IMG/VR virus record: IMGVR_UViG_3300020045_013318
Location: 1-64,000 of that record
Length of the DNA stretch: 64,000 nucleotides
Reading direction: 5' to 3' (one strand)
DNA from: a virus
The translations under genes and the position numbers were made by a program. The notes under the pieces were generated by a model. That model made no database searches, had not been told where the DNA came from, and saw only the letters and a program-made list of their open reading frames with translations. Position 1 is the stretch's first letter; each line of letters opens with the position of its first letter. Positions 10,268 through 19,423 of this stretch are shown one piece after another.

Positions 10268-10392
10268 ATTAAATTGAAATTATCCGCTAGTACATTTGCT
10301 ATTAAGGTTAGGAATATCAGAAAAATAAACGCACCGATAGTTATCTTAAGAGGATTTTGTTTTTGAACCTTTGGGCTGTACACTCCGTCCAT
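10258..10392 (-). CDS. Small single-TM protein, 44 aa (MDGVYSPKVQKQNPLKITIGAFIFLIFLTLIA...)
   Basis: Manual translation; shares GVYSPK+TM layout with 805..939. Confidence 0.45.
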   Translation of the reverse strand: MDGVYSPKVQKQNPLKITIGAFIFLIFLTLIANVLADNFNLIWK

Positions 10393-10507
10393 GATTTCTA
10401 TATATTTCATAGGCTTTTTTTACTATATTGTTAATAGTGGTTTTTAATTTCACTGCTTCAACTTTTAAGGCTTGATGCAACTTATCTTCTACTTTTAATG
10501 ATTTCAT
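10346..10507 (-). CDS. Ribbon-helix-helix-like regulator, 53 aa
   Basis: Manual translation MKSLKVEDKLHQALKVEAVKLKTTINNIVKKA; upstream TTGTAT...TATACT promoter. Confidence 0.6.
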   Translation of the reverse strand: MKSLKVEDKLHQALKVEAVKLKTTINNIVKKAYEIYRNHGRSVQPKGSKTKSS

Positions 10508-10551
10508 TTACAAAGTATAACCTATGGTAGAAAAGTATACAAGTGGATAAC

Positions 10552-10578
10552 AAAAAACACGGTAGAAACCGTGTTTTT
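10552..10578. terminator. Bidirectional intrinsic terminator
   Basis: AAAAACACGG-TAGAAA-CCGTGTTTTT. Confidence 0.7.
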
Positions 10579-10707
10579 GTCTTCTTGATGGCGAGAGATT
10601 AAATCGTATTATAAATATCCTATGAAATTATTTTTTGTGTTTTGTGGAGGTCTTGTTTGAAAATCCATCAAGGAAAAAGAACCACGCTGATGTAAGCTCT
10701 AACTGTA

Positions 10708-10875
10708 TTATATATTCTTTCTTATCTTAATCAAACCAGCGACTGTCATAACTGTTATAAAATATGCTACAAGAGATACACCGATCCAGAAATTTATATG
10801 GAAGCTCCACAAAATAAGGTAGGTATATAGAGCTAGGGTTAAGATGATAGCTAATGCAATGATTGGTTTTGTCAT
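10708..10875 (-). CDS. Small 2-TM membrane protein
   Basis: Hydrophobic ORF abutting upstream gene. Confidence 0.55.
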   Translation of the reverse strand: MTKPIIALAIILTLALYTYLILWSFHINFWIGVSLVAYFITVMTVAGLIKIRKNI

Positions 10876-10876
10876 G

Positions 10877-11095
10877 TTATTTCCCCTCAAATTTCTCCCA
10901 CTTACCTCCGAGCCACCAGAAGAAAAGAGGGAAGATTAAAACTGGTAAAAAAACTATTGATACTATTACAAACCATACTTTGTGATTGTCCCATAAGCCC
11001 TCCCATTTGGTATAAAGCAGACTTCCAACATACATCACAGGTACGCCTATGGCTATGAATATGATACTTGCTAATGGAAGTAATACTTTTTTCAT
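10877..11095 (-). CDS. Small 2-TM membrane protein
   Basis: Two hydrophobic helices. Confidence 0.6.
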   Translation of the reverse strand: MKKVLLPLASIIFIAIGVPVMYVGSLLYTKWEGLWDNHKVWFVIVSIVFLPVLIFPLFFWWLGGKWEKFEGK

Positions 11096-11577
11096 ATAAA
11101 AAGGGGCAATAATACTTGCCCCTGTGCTGATTAGTAGTCGTGAGTGCTACCTTCCTTCTCTTCTTTTTTGGGAGGAGGATGATAGGTACTCCGTGACGGC
11201 TTCTCGTCCTTTTCTTCGTGGGCTTTGTCTCCACCGTTTTCGTAGTCTGCAACTCCGTCTGGCATGCTATTACCTTTCTCTTGTTTTGTTAATGTGGGAA
11301 ACATCCGTGTATATGTTCCACTGTCCAATCTACATAGTTATAATTCTTTTGTCAAATAAATATATAGTTTGACAATACTATATAATATATGTAAAGAGTG
11401 TGCTTAAATAGCTTATATTTGCTATACTTATTACATGAACCAACCTCCACGCCTCAAAATATGCCTTGTTTGCGATAAAGAACTTGGTAAAACAAGAAAA
11501 GACTATTGCGAAGAACATGCTAATCCTTTAAGGATTGTTTATTACCCATTAGGTAAGACTGTAGGTATTAAAAAAAT

Positions 11578-12399
11578 ATGATTGAAACTATAAAAATAAT
11601 TTTGTATCGTCTTGAAGGAAAAATAGACAAGTTGTTAAAATTAGAACAGCCACCAAAAGGTAAATGGGTTATGCTTAACTGTGTCAACTGGATGCCCTTA
11701 AACAATCTCCCAATTTCTGATACAAGTGAGTGTACATATTTCGTTCTTCCTGTATCAGCGAATGGTGTACTTGTAGGCACAAATTCAACTCTTGAAGCAA
11801 AATTTGTTTCTGATGTTCATTCCGGAGGAAAGAAAGCTACTTTTTCAGTTGCGGGTGGCACTCAAAAGATTGACGATATAACTTTGGCGGTAAAACAAAA
11901 AACTAATTTAGTAAACGCTATAGGTGAACATATCAAACTCCACAAATACGATGGTGTATGGATTGACATAGAAAATACAAAGATTGATCCTCAAGTAATG
12001 GTGGATTTTATTCTTGCCGTTCGTACAAAACTAGACAGCATAGCGCCTAACCTCATTTTAGGCGTATATACTCAACACTGGCAAAAAGACACTGTTTGGG
12101 CGAAGATTCAAGATGCTTCTAGTGCGATTTCTTTCATGTCGGTTATGGTTTATGATTTCCAATACACGATAGATGAACTTAAAAAGATTACTCTTGACTG
12201 GTTTCCAAAAATTAAAGATAGATCAAAACTACTGGCTGGTGTAGCGGTAAACTACCAAACAGGACTAACTGTCTTACAATATGGAGAAGTGTTAGATTTT
12301 GTGAATAGTGAGAAGTTAGGAGGTGTAGGGATATGGGAGAACACCTTATTTACCGAGGAATGGCGCAAGATTCAGAGGTTGAAGTTTATCCCCACCTAA
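11578..12399 (+). CDS. Glycoside hydrolase family 18 (chitinase-like) protein
   Basis: SVAGG, YDGVWIDIE (DxxDxDxE variant), MVYD, LGGVGIWE. Confidence 0.85.
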   Translation: MIETIKIILYRLEGKIDKLLKLEQPPKGKWVMLNCVNWMPLNNLPISDTSECTYFVLPVSANGVLVGTNSTLEAKFVSDVHSGGKKATFSVAGGTQKIDDITLAVKQKTNLVNAIGEHIKLHKYDGVWIDIENTKIDPQVMVDFILAVRTKLDSIAPNLILGVYTQHWQKDTVWAKIQDASSAISFMSVMVYDFQYTIDELKKITLDWFPKIKDRSKLLAGVAVNYQTGLTVLQYGEVLDFVNSEKLGGVGIWENTLFTEEWRKIQRLKFIPT

Positions 12400-12447
12400 C
12401 TCTTGTAAAAGGTGTATAATTAAAGTCTATTAGTTAATTATAAAAAC

Positions 12448-12624
12448 ATGAGTCAGGAATATATTTTGTCTCTAGTGTTGGTTTTGGGAAGTATCTTGAA
12501 GGCTTTTGGAATTGAAATTGAGAACAGTGTTTTGGAAGGAGTAATAGCTGGGGTGATCGCTATTTGGATTGCTGTAAGGCGATTCAAGAAAGGTGATATA
12601 AATGTACTTGGAGTAAAAAAATGA
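12448..12624 (+). CDS. Holin-like 2-TM protein, 58 aa
   Basis: Manual translation MSQEYILSLVLVLGSILKAFGIEIENSVLEGVIAGVIAIWIAVRRFKKGDINVLGVKK; resembles 19232..19423. Confidence 0.65.
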   Translation: MSQEYILSLVLVLGSILKAFGIEIENSVLEGVIAGVIAIWIAVRRFKKGDINVLGVKK

Positions 12625-12745
12625 TATTAAAATGTGCTTCATGTCCTGCTAGGGTAGAAAGAAGAACGCTACCATTAAGAGGAGAGACTAGGTGTTTTGA
12701 TTGTAAGATGGCAAGAGTTAGAGCAAGAAATAAAAAAGTAAAAAA

Positions 12746-12934
12746 ATGAAATACTTAATTTATTTAGTTATAACAGTTTCAATCATAGCTCTTGTGGTTG
12801 CTTGGGTTAAAAACGAATTTGTGAATGATCAAGCTAATTTTAGTGATAATGTAAAAGTATATCCTACAGTCTCGCCACAGCCTTTGCCTGTTAAAGTTTT
12901 TGATTGCTATGATGAGTTTAGTTGTAAGGGATAA
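12746..12934 (+). CDS. Small membrane-anchored protein
   Basis: N-terminal TM; followed by terminator. Confidence 0.55.
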   Translation: MKYLIYLVITVSIIALVVAWVKNEFVNDQANFSDNVKVYPTVSPQPLPVKVFDCYDEFSCKG

Positions 12935-12940
12935 GAGAGG

Positions 12941-12968
12941 AAACCTCGTCATCTGACGAGGTTTTCTT
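12941..12968 (+). terminator. Intrinsic terminator
   Basis: AAACCTCGTC-ATCT-GACGAGGTTT followed by T-rich tail. Confidence 0.8.
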
Positions 12969-13031
12969 TTGGTTGAAAGTTATCCCCACATGCCCCTTGT
13001 ACAAGCGTGTATAATTGTGTACTATAACCTT

Positions 13032-13151
13032 ATGAAAAATACTTTAGTGGAACACTTACGCAAAATAGCTAAATTCCGTTGGAAGAATAAGACCCCCAAA
13101 GAACGATCTGATTTTATGAAAAAAGTTAGAAAAGGTGGGAAGTTTAATTAA
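13032..13151 (+). CDS. Small basic protein (RWKNKTPKERS)
   Basis: ATG after TTGTAC...TACTAT promoter-like sequence. Confidence 0.5.
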   Translation: MKNTLVEHLRKIAKFRWKNKTPKERSDFMKKVRKGGKFN

Positions 13152-13595
13152 CTAAAATAATATGAACCCCCTCTCACAATCCTTACAAAAAATCTTTGAT
13201 TTTTGGTATTCAAACTCTCCCAAAGTTGAAGGCAAAATAGTCCAGAGTATTGATTATAAAGAAAAAAACACCGCCAAATCAAAATGGGGCAATTTTGAAA
13301 CTCTAGCTACAGATTATGAGTAAAATACAAACTTTTTTCTTAGTAATGGTTATATGTCTAATCATTCTGGGAACATATATTACGGGACATATCACTGGTT
13401 ATAGTGAAGGTTTACAAATGTGTTATAAATTATCAGCCTATTATAAGTGAAGATGAAAACATTTACAGTTTATCTTAAATGTTTTAGACGGTATAGATAA
13501 AGCAGGGTATGTGATTTATAAAAAGGTATGACAATAATAAACCCTAGCCCCCCCGATAGTAGAGAAAGATGGTGAGGAATAAATAATAAAAAACT

Positions 13596-13898
13596 ATGAA
13601 AACATACAGAGGAACAAAAGTAGCGTGGGCGAAAACACAAGCAAAAATAGTAAAACTGTTGAACTCAAAGAAAATTTGGGAAACAAGGTTTACTAATTTA
13701 CAGGATAAATTTGTGTTGGAATTTAGGGCAATAAATGCAGAAAAACCTATCGCAGTCAGAATCATTGTTCCTATAAAAGTGGAAACGACTGAAAATAAAC
13801 AGCAAATGGAGTTGAATCAAATGCACCGAGTGCTTTTCCATCATCTTAAAGCAAAATTCACGGCAATAGCAATAGAGATTGTAAAGTTAATGAAATGA
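13596..13898 (+). CDS. Hypothetical phage protein, possibly C-terminally shortened
   Basis: 100-aa ORF, ATGA-coupled to next. Confidence 0.65.
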   Translation: MKTYRGTKVAWAKTQAKIVKLLNSKKIWETRFTNLQDKFVLEFRAINAEKPIAVRIIVPIKVETTENKQQMELNQMHRVLFHHLKAKFTAIAIEIVKLMK

Positions 13899-14212
13899 AA
13901 ATAAAACAAAATAACAAAGAAATAACATTTACATTTCCGAGATACCAAAAAAGAATGAATCCATACGGAAGTGATGAAGCAAATGATAGAGGTGATTTTG
14001 GCGAACATCCTACTTTTACGGGACTTATCATTCACCATAGAAAAAATGGTAGTAATTGGGACGAAATAGGTTTTGCAGAAACTATAGATATGGATTACAA
14101 AGGAAAGGAAGATCAAACTGGTGGTATTATAGTTGCTTGGCAAGGAACTGAAGAAGATTTTATAAAAAAGTGTGAAGAATTAGGTTTAGGTTATTTAGTA
14201 ATGGAGTTTTAG
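13895..14212 (+). CDS. Hypothetical protein
   Basis: 105-aa ORF in operon. Confidence 0.7.
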   Translation: MKIKQNNKEITFTFPRYQKRMNPYGSDEANDRGDFGEHPTFTGLIIHHRKNGSNWDEIGFAETIDMDYKGKEDQTGGIIVAWQGTEEDFIKKCEELGLGYLVMEF

Positions 14213-14224
14213 TTAATAAAACAA

Positions 14225-14539
14225 ATGAAAATATATAGACATGGGGATTTAAGTTTTCACCCAATAGAAAAACTCCCAGAGGGGCTTAAAAAGTCAAAAG
14301 ACAATGTTCTTGCTCGTGGAGAACATACAGGACACAAACATATTATCACTGCTGAAGTTGGTAATTGTGATGTGTACCAAAATGATAAAACAGGAGAATT
14401 AGTTGTTGTTGTGGATGGAAAAGCCAGTCTTGTTCATGAAGAGCATAAAACACTTATATTTGAAACTGGAATTTATAGAATGAAACAAGAGCGAGAATTT
14501 GACTATTTTTCAGGAATTATTTTACAAGTAAGAGATTAA
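14225..14539 (+). CDS. His-rich conserved phage protein (YRHGD...GE.TGH.H...HEEH...Q.RE), usual neighbour of DUF6745-type genes
   Basis: Motif pattern; association recalled from known phage gene pairs. Confidence 0.75.
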   Translation: MKIYRHGDLSFHPIEKLPEGLKKSKDNVLARGEHTGHKHIITAEVGNCDVYQNDKTGELVVVVDGKASLVHEEHKTLIFETGIYRMKQEREFDYFSGIILQVRD

Positions 14540-14540
14540 G

Positions 14541-14957
14541 ATGATAAATGTAAAAGCCCAAGAAATTATAGATCGTATTGAAAAAGCCGCGCAAAATTAT
14601 GGCAAAGTATTTGACTTTGACAAAATTGTAACTGCCTTAAAAAAACATTATACAGCTCTAAACATTCCAATACCTAAAATTGTTGCCGTAGACAATATGG
14701 AAGAAGCTTATAAAAACGCTCGGGATGCCGCTCGGGATGCCGCTCGGGATGCCGCTTGGGGTGCCGCTGACATTCTTGCACTCAACCTCGATGAATACAA
14801 AGCAAAATACCCAAATGGAAACTTTATAAACTTGGTTCCACTCTATGAAGCAGGTCTCTACCCAGTCGGTGTCGTCGATGGGAAATTCATTGTGTACGTA
14901 CCACCATCGAAAACAGAGTTTCCAAGTGATTTAGTAGAGGAGATAGATAGTAAGTAA
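14541..14957 (+). CDS. RDAA/WGAA repeat protein spanning left junction (probable chimera)
   Basis: Composition shifts across repeat; N-half fits DUF6745-type protein, C-half a different family. Confidence 0.65.
   Translation: MINVKAQEIIDRIEKAAQNYGKVFDFDKIVTALKKHYTALNIPIPKIVAVDNMEEAYKNARDAARDAARDAAWGAADILALNLDEYKAKYPNGNFINLVPLYEAGLYPVGVVDGKFIVYVPPSKTEFPSDLVEEIDSK
14718..14768 (+). repeat. 12-bp tandem array: GCT + (CGGGATGCCGCT)x3 + TGGGGTGCCGCT
   Basis: Read directly; same units as 55027..55254. Confidence 0.97.
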
Positions 14958-14961
14958 AAGT

Positions 14962-15420
14962 ATGACCACCCCCGCAAAAAAGGAACACCAAAAACATTGT
15001 AGAGAACGATATGGATATGCGTGTTCTTGTTTCCCTAGTTCAGATATAAATCTTTCATCAGACGTATTTGAACCTACCCCCGCAAAAGAGTGGCGTGAAC
15101 AATTCAGAAATCAATTTTGGCTACATCGTGTACCTAAAAACACAAAGCAGATGCACGATATTGAAGACTTCATTCAAAACCTCCTCACCACCCACTCCGC
15201 TCGGCTTGTAGATAGGTTGGAAAGTAAGAGAAAAGAGTTCGTACCTGCTGATAATGTATGGGTTGGTGATGATGACTATGAAGTTGGGGAGTGGAAATTA
15301 GTACCAAAAGAAGACGGAATGTGGTGTTTGAATTGTGAGCAATTCATCCCAGAAGAAGGTTGTGCGTGTGGAGTTATATCAATCGACCAAGCCTTAGACA
15401 TTATCAAGGATAATAAGTGA
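14962..15420 (+). CDS. Hypothetical early protein with Cys clusters
   Basis: 152-aa ORF in tightly packed operon. Confidence 0.65.
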   Translation: MTTPAKKEHQKHCRERYGYACSCFPSSDINLSSDVFEPTPAKEWREQFRNQFWLHRVPKNTKQMHDIEDFIQNLLTTHSARLVDRLESKRKEFVPADNVWVGDDDYEVGEWKLVPKEDGMWCLNCEQFIPEEGCACGVISIDQALDIIKDNK

Positions 15421-15421
15421 T

Positions 15422-15706
15422 ATGAAAACAATGGAAGAACTACGAATCCTGGAAGTCCAAAAGGAAAAGGACCGCGAAGCAGAGGAAAAGCGACTTGCTG
15501 AGGAAGTGTTATGCGCTGAAATTACCTTCCCAACAAAGATGCAACTCGACCTCGGCATCTCTAACCTCACATTCAAATACGATGATGTAAAAGATTGGAT
15601 AGAAGAAGAACTTGCAAACGCCGATAAGAAGTCCGTCACATTCAGCATCAAGTTCTTTATAAAAACAAACAAGTGGATAGAGAATTTGCCCGAAGCGGAT
15701 ATTTAG
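15422..15706 (+). CDS. Hypothetical protein
   Basis: 94-aa ORF. Confidence 0.65.
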   Translation: MKTMEELRILEVQKEKDREAEEKRLAEEVLCAEITFPTKMQLDLGISNLTFKYDDVKDWIEEELANADKKSVTFSIKFFIKTNKWIENLPEADI

Positions 15707-15715
15707 TAACAGTAG

Positions 15716-15798
15716 GATGGGTGGTTTACACAGGGTCGTGCCTTTGCTGGATTCTCCAGCCCCTAAAGATGGGCGTGACCCGTTGCGAATCACTCATC
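15716..15798 (+). ncRNA. Structured intergenic RNA element
   Basis: Nested helices GATGGGTGGTT/AATCACTCATC, GGGTCGTGCCT/GGGCGTGACCC, GCTGGA/TCCAGC with G-U pairs on + strand. Confidence 0.45.
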
Positions 15799-15834
15799 AC
15801 AGACATAGGGATTATCAAGAGTAATTGAGAGAGT

Positions 15835-16023
15835 ATGAGCAATTATCAACTTATCGCACGAGACAGGATTACAGATGAGGAATTTACTGTTGTTGCTATG
15901 GATGACTATTTTGGAAGACATCACTACGGTTATGCCATAGGTGAACAAATTCTTACCGAGGAACAATTCCACCTAGCTTATGAGCCTGTAGTCAGTTCCC
16001 CCCACAATCGAACAGAGGATTAA
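15835..16023 (+). CDS. Hypothetical protein (DDYFGRHHYGY)
   Basis: 62-aa ORF. Confidence 0.65.
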   Translation: MSNYQLIARDRITDEEFTVVAMDDYFGRHHYGYAIGEQILTEEQFHLAYEPVVSSPHNRTED

Positions 16024-16034
16024 AAGATAAGCAA

Positions 16035-16427
16035 ATGAGCATGAACAAAACCTTTATTTTAGAACAACAGAAGATTGCGAGGGAGAGAGCCAAAAATGCT
16101 TTGCTCCCAAAAGGAATAGACTCAAACGGCTTTGGAATGACATACGAAGACCTTGACACCCTCATTGCCCAAACCATCCTCGCGACTGAGGAAGAGACTC
16201 TTGCACGAGTGAGGGGGGAAGCAATTACTATTACAGCAAGACTTGATAGAGAGTTTTTCAAAGGCAGATTTTCATCTAGTGGACTTGAGTCTATAGAAGC
16301 AATCATCAAAGACGAACTCACACCCACTCCCGTAGAGAGCGAAGAAAGCGGTTTTGCTAAATTCCTCAAAGAAAACGGTCACGGCAATTCAGCAACTTCC
16401 ACACCCTTACCAACCAATAAGACATAA
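16035..16427 (+). CDS. Hypothetical protein
   Basis: 130-aa ORF; shares ETLARVR block with next gene. Confidence 0.65.
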   Translation: MSMNKTFILEQQKIARERAKNALLPKGIDSNGFGMTYEDLDTLIAQTILATEEETLARVRGEAITITARLDREFFKGRFSSSGLESIEAIIKDELTPTPVESEESGFAKFLKENGHGNSATSTPLPTNKT

Positions 16428-16432
16428 GAGAC

Positions 16433-16732
16433 ATGACACAAACAAATGAGGAGAGAGTAGAGGCTCTTTACACAAACATAGTAATGATACTTATGAGTGG
16501 CTACCCAAGCGACCAAGAAGAAGAAAAAATAAAACTGCGCTTGACACAAGCCCTCACCCAAAACACTGCAGAGACTCTTGCACGAGTGAGGGAGGTTGCA
16601 GAAAGCTGTTCAGTTAGTGAAGTTACTCTACAGGGAGACACATATGAGACGGGTATGATTGCAAAAGAGCTGTTTCTTAAAAAACTCACCACCCTCACAC
16701 CATTAACATTAACAGACGATAAGACAGAATGA
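16433..16732 (+). CDS. Hypothetical protein
   Basis: 99-aa ORF. Confidence 0.65.
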   Translation: MTQTNEERVEALYTNIVMILMSGYPSDQEEEKIKLRLTQALTQNTAETLARVREVAESCSVSEVTLQGDTYETGMIAKELFLKKLTTLTPLTLTDDKTE

Positions 16733-16733
16733 C

Positions 16734-17087
16734 ATGAAAGAAATAATCATTGCATTTGACGTTGATGGAACAATTCTCAATAACGAAGGGATACCTCCTG
16801 AAACTCCAACTCATTTACGACCACGTTGTGGGGTAAATCTTGAGGTCATCCAACTGATTCAAATTCTTTCAAAGAAAATGAAAAACACCAAGATTATCGT
16901 GTGGTCAGGTGGGGGAAAAGAGTATGCAACGCAGATTGTTCGAGAATATGGATTAGATAAGTATGTGCACAGATGCCACAGTAAGCAAGACTACGACGAA
17001 ACAATAGATGGAGAAGTTGATATTTGTTTTGATGATGTTCACGCTTGCGAATTGGCGAAGATGAATCTAATTGTAAAAATGAAATGA
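16734..17087 (+). CDS. HAD-superfamily phosphatase-like protein
   Basis: FDVDGT, WSGGG, FDD motifs. Confidence 0.85.
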   Translation: MKEIIIAFDVDGTILNNEGIPPETPTHLRPRCGVNLEVIQLIQILSKKMKNTKIIVWSGGGKEYATQIVREYGLDKYVHRCHSKQDYDETIDGEVDICFDDVHACELAKMNLIVKMK

Positions 17088-17422
17088 AAAAGTACGACAG
17101 AGAAAAAAGGAGGTGGGTGACTGCAGAAGAATACGAACGTACCCATCAATCAAAAGATAAGGCGTTTTGTCATGGGAAAACCCCACACGATTTTGTTTTA
17201 GTACTACCAGAATATGTTTCATACGACAGTAGATATCAACACAATCCAGAAGCGTATTACGACCTACTTGATCAATACGAGAAATTGGAGGAAGAACTTG
17301 AGGAAAAAATAAAAGCAATGGGAGTAGTTGAGCGATTTTCTCGTGGAGGTAAGTGGAGAAGAAGTTATCGTTTTTATCTATGTTCAGCATGCAAGAAGAA
17401 GCATTACGAATACAAAGAGTAA
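17084..17422 (+). CDS. Hypothetical protein
   Basis: ATGA-coupled; C-terminal CSAC. Confidence 0.65.
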   Translation: MKKYDREKRRWVTAEEYERTHQSKDKAFCHGKTPHDFVLVLPEYVSYDSRYQHNPEAYYDLLDQYEKLEEELEEKIKAMGVVERFSRGGKWRRSYRFYLCSACKKKHYEYKE

Positions 17423-17426
17423 CACT

Positions 17427-17957
17427 ATGAAAAGATCTTGGATAAAAAGGGGAACAAAACAGATGAAAAGAACCCCTCTTCGTGCCAAATCAGGATTCAA
17501 GAAGATTCCGAAAGGATCCTCTACTCTAGTCACTCACTCTTCCCTTCGAAATTCAGGTAAATCTGAAGTATCTCAGTGTAAAAAGCGTATACAGGCACTT
17601 TTACGCCAGTTGGCCATCAAACGTGATGGAGGATGTGTTTTGAGGCATTATCAAGACCTTCTTCATCCGGACTATTTGACTTGCGATGATGTTCTTCAGG
17701 CAGAACATCTAAATACCCGAGGATCCTCAGGAAGTTTTGGAGATATGCGGAATATTGTCTGCTTGTGTAGGAGACACCACATTTATTTCAAACCCCAGCA
17801 CTCGCAGCTATATTGGGAAATTATTGAAAAACACCTTGGAGAAGAAGGATGGGCATATTATAAGAGAGTTCGAGATGATTATAGGGCACACCATATGATT
17901 CTCTGGGACTGGCAAAAATTGGAGATGGAGTTAACCCAACAATTGAAACATGACTGA
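17427..17957 (+). CDS. NinG-like HNH nuclease
   Basis: MKRTPL N-terminus; RDGGC...AEHL...NIVCLCRRHH. Confidence 0.7.
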   Translation: MKRSWIKRGTKQMKRTPLRAKSGFKKIPKGSSTLVTHSSLRNSGKSEVSQCKKRIQALLRQLAIKRDGGCVLRHYQDLLHPDYLTCDDVLQAEHLNTRGSSGSFGDMRNIVCLCRRHHIYFKPQHSQLYWEIIEKHLGEEGWAYYKRVRDDYRAHHMILWDWQKLEMELTQQLKHD

Positions 17958-18291
17958 AGCAGAGGAAATAGTTTTTTTGAAGGAAAAGATGGAGAGGGAT
18001 CGTATTCAATATTATCGAGTCGTTGATCAGCTCAAAAACGCACGAGAAGAAGTCAGGATGATCAAAGAGGCTACTCTTGCCTCATCAAAGAGTAAGTATG
18101 TTGAATATCTTCAATTGGCCCTCTCGATGACTGAAAGGCAATATGAAGAACTTCTCGATAAATTTGAGAAGTTAAACAACAAACTTAATCACGAGATGGC
18201 TAAGCGTCAGTATATTTTCCCCAGCAATCGACACGGGAAGATTCCCACGGTTGAAGTCCGTGTCGATCAAAAAGAATACGAGCAAATTTAA
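17950..18291 (+). CDS. Coiled-coil hypothetical protein
   Basis: Last + strand gene before convergence with lysis module. Confidence 0.55.
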   Translation: MTEAEEIVFLKEKMERDRIQYYRVVDQLKNAREEVRMIKEATLASSKSKYVEYLQLALSMTERQYEELLDKFEKLNNKLNHEMAKRQYIFPSNRHGKIPTVEVRVDQKEYEQI

Positions 18292-18661
18292 TATTGTCGT
18301 CGGGATCAAATTTGTTTAATCCAAGGCGGTTCAATTCAGGATCATGAACGCTGTTTAATTGGAAGATTCCTCCATCAGTTGTTCCATCTTTATTTTGAGT
18401 GGTGTTGTGGGCAGTTATTTTGTATTGACTTTCACATCGAGCTACTTCAAGCATGATTGGAGCATCTGGAAACGATTCTTCAATCTTCTCAATGATGTTT
18501 CCTTTTGTGTATTTTACTTCAATTTTAACTTCTTTTTGTTCAATTTCAATGATGGGTGCCTGACAAACAATCATCTCAGCTTGAGCCATCAGTGCATACG
18601 ATATCAATACCCCCAATCCAATCCCCAGAAGCACAATCACAGTTGACATCAACTGTTTCAT
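18200..18661 (-). CDS. Membrane-anchored lysozyme-like transglycosylase
   Basis: N-terminal TM; ARCES, GGIFQLN, NIKFA...GLQPW. Confidence 0.85.
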   Translation of the reverse strand: MKQLMSTVIVLLGIGLGVLISYALMAQAEMIVCQAPIIEIEQKEVKIEVKYTKGNIIEKIEESFPDAPIMLEVARCESQYKITAHNTTQNKDGTTDGGIFQLNSVHDPELNRLGLNKFDPDDNIKFARILFDRHGLQPWESSRVDCWGKYTDA

Positions 18662-18706
18662 ATATTTCTTGTTATTTACAATAGACCTTCTGTCACTGCC
18701 CGCCTG

Positions 18707-19126
18707 TCACTGGCTTTTGCTCTCAATGGGTTTTTTCTTTCTTGAAGCCGTTCTCATTCTGTGACAATTTGCACAGACAACTTCACACTTTTTAACTTCT
18801 TTCTCCAACTTCTCCATAGAGATGGTAGTACAGGAAGCAATGCTAAATCTCTTATCTTGAAGGTGATCAAAATCAAGACACTCAGTTCGCTTCTCTCCAC
18901 AATCTGTACAGGAGTGCTGCTTTTTATAGTTCCAGATCCATTCGCGAATCTTTCTTCTACGTCTACCCGTTTGATCTATATAATGTTGTTTGTTGCGTTC
19001 GTAGGATTGTTTGTGAGAAACAGACTGACACAGACGACATCTGTGACTCAAGCCATCCTTTGCTCTCTGGCGTTTATTAAACTCCAAGAGAGACTTTTTG
19101 ACTTTGCATCTTGAGCAGGATTTCAT
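18707..19126 (-). CDS. HNH endonuclease
   Basis: CSRC...CRLC; CTDCG...LDFDH...KCEVVCANCH. Confidence 0.9.
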   Translation of the reverse strand: MKSCSRCKVKKSLLEFNKRQRAKDGLSHRCRLCQSVSHKQSYERNKQHYIDQTGRRRRKIREWIWNYKKQHSCTDCGEKRTECLDFDHLQDKRFSIASCTTISMEKLEKEVKKCEVVCANCHRMRTASRKKKPIESKSQ

Positions 19127-19231
19127 GTCTATATCATACCTCGTCCTGCCTTTAGACGACAACCCAAACTCTATCTCCCACCTCAATAAGTATACCCAAT
19201 TCAATGAGTTCCTATAACGATAGGGGGTGCA

Positions 19232-19423
19232 TTACTTTTTGAAGAAAAAGCCAGCAACATCTGGGCGAGTGAGCTGATTGTAGATTGCAAGTATGAGTGC
19301 CACAGTTACAAAGAATCCCTCGACTGCCTTCTCGACTGTGCCAGCCTCAAATTCTACTCCGAGAGCTGAAAGTAATGCTTCGACAATAAGTACACCAAGT
19401 GCTATTCCGTTTTTTGAAATCAT
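19232..19423 (-). CDS. Holin
   Basis: 63 aa, 2 TM, basic tail, coupled to peptidase. Confidence 0.7.
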   Translation of the reverse strand: MISKNGIALGVLIVEALLSALGVEFEAGTVEKAVEGFFVTVALILAIYNQLTRPDVAGFFFKK

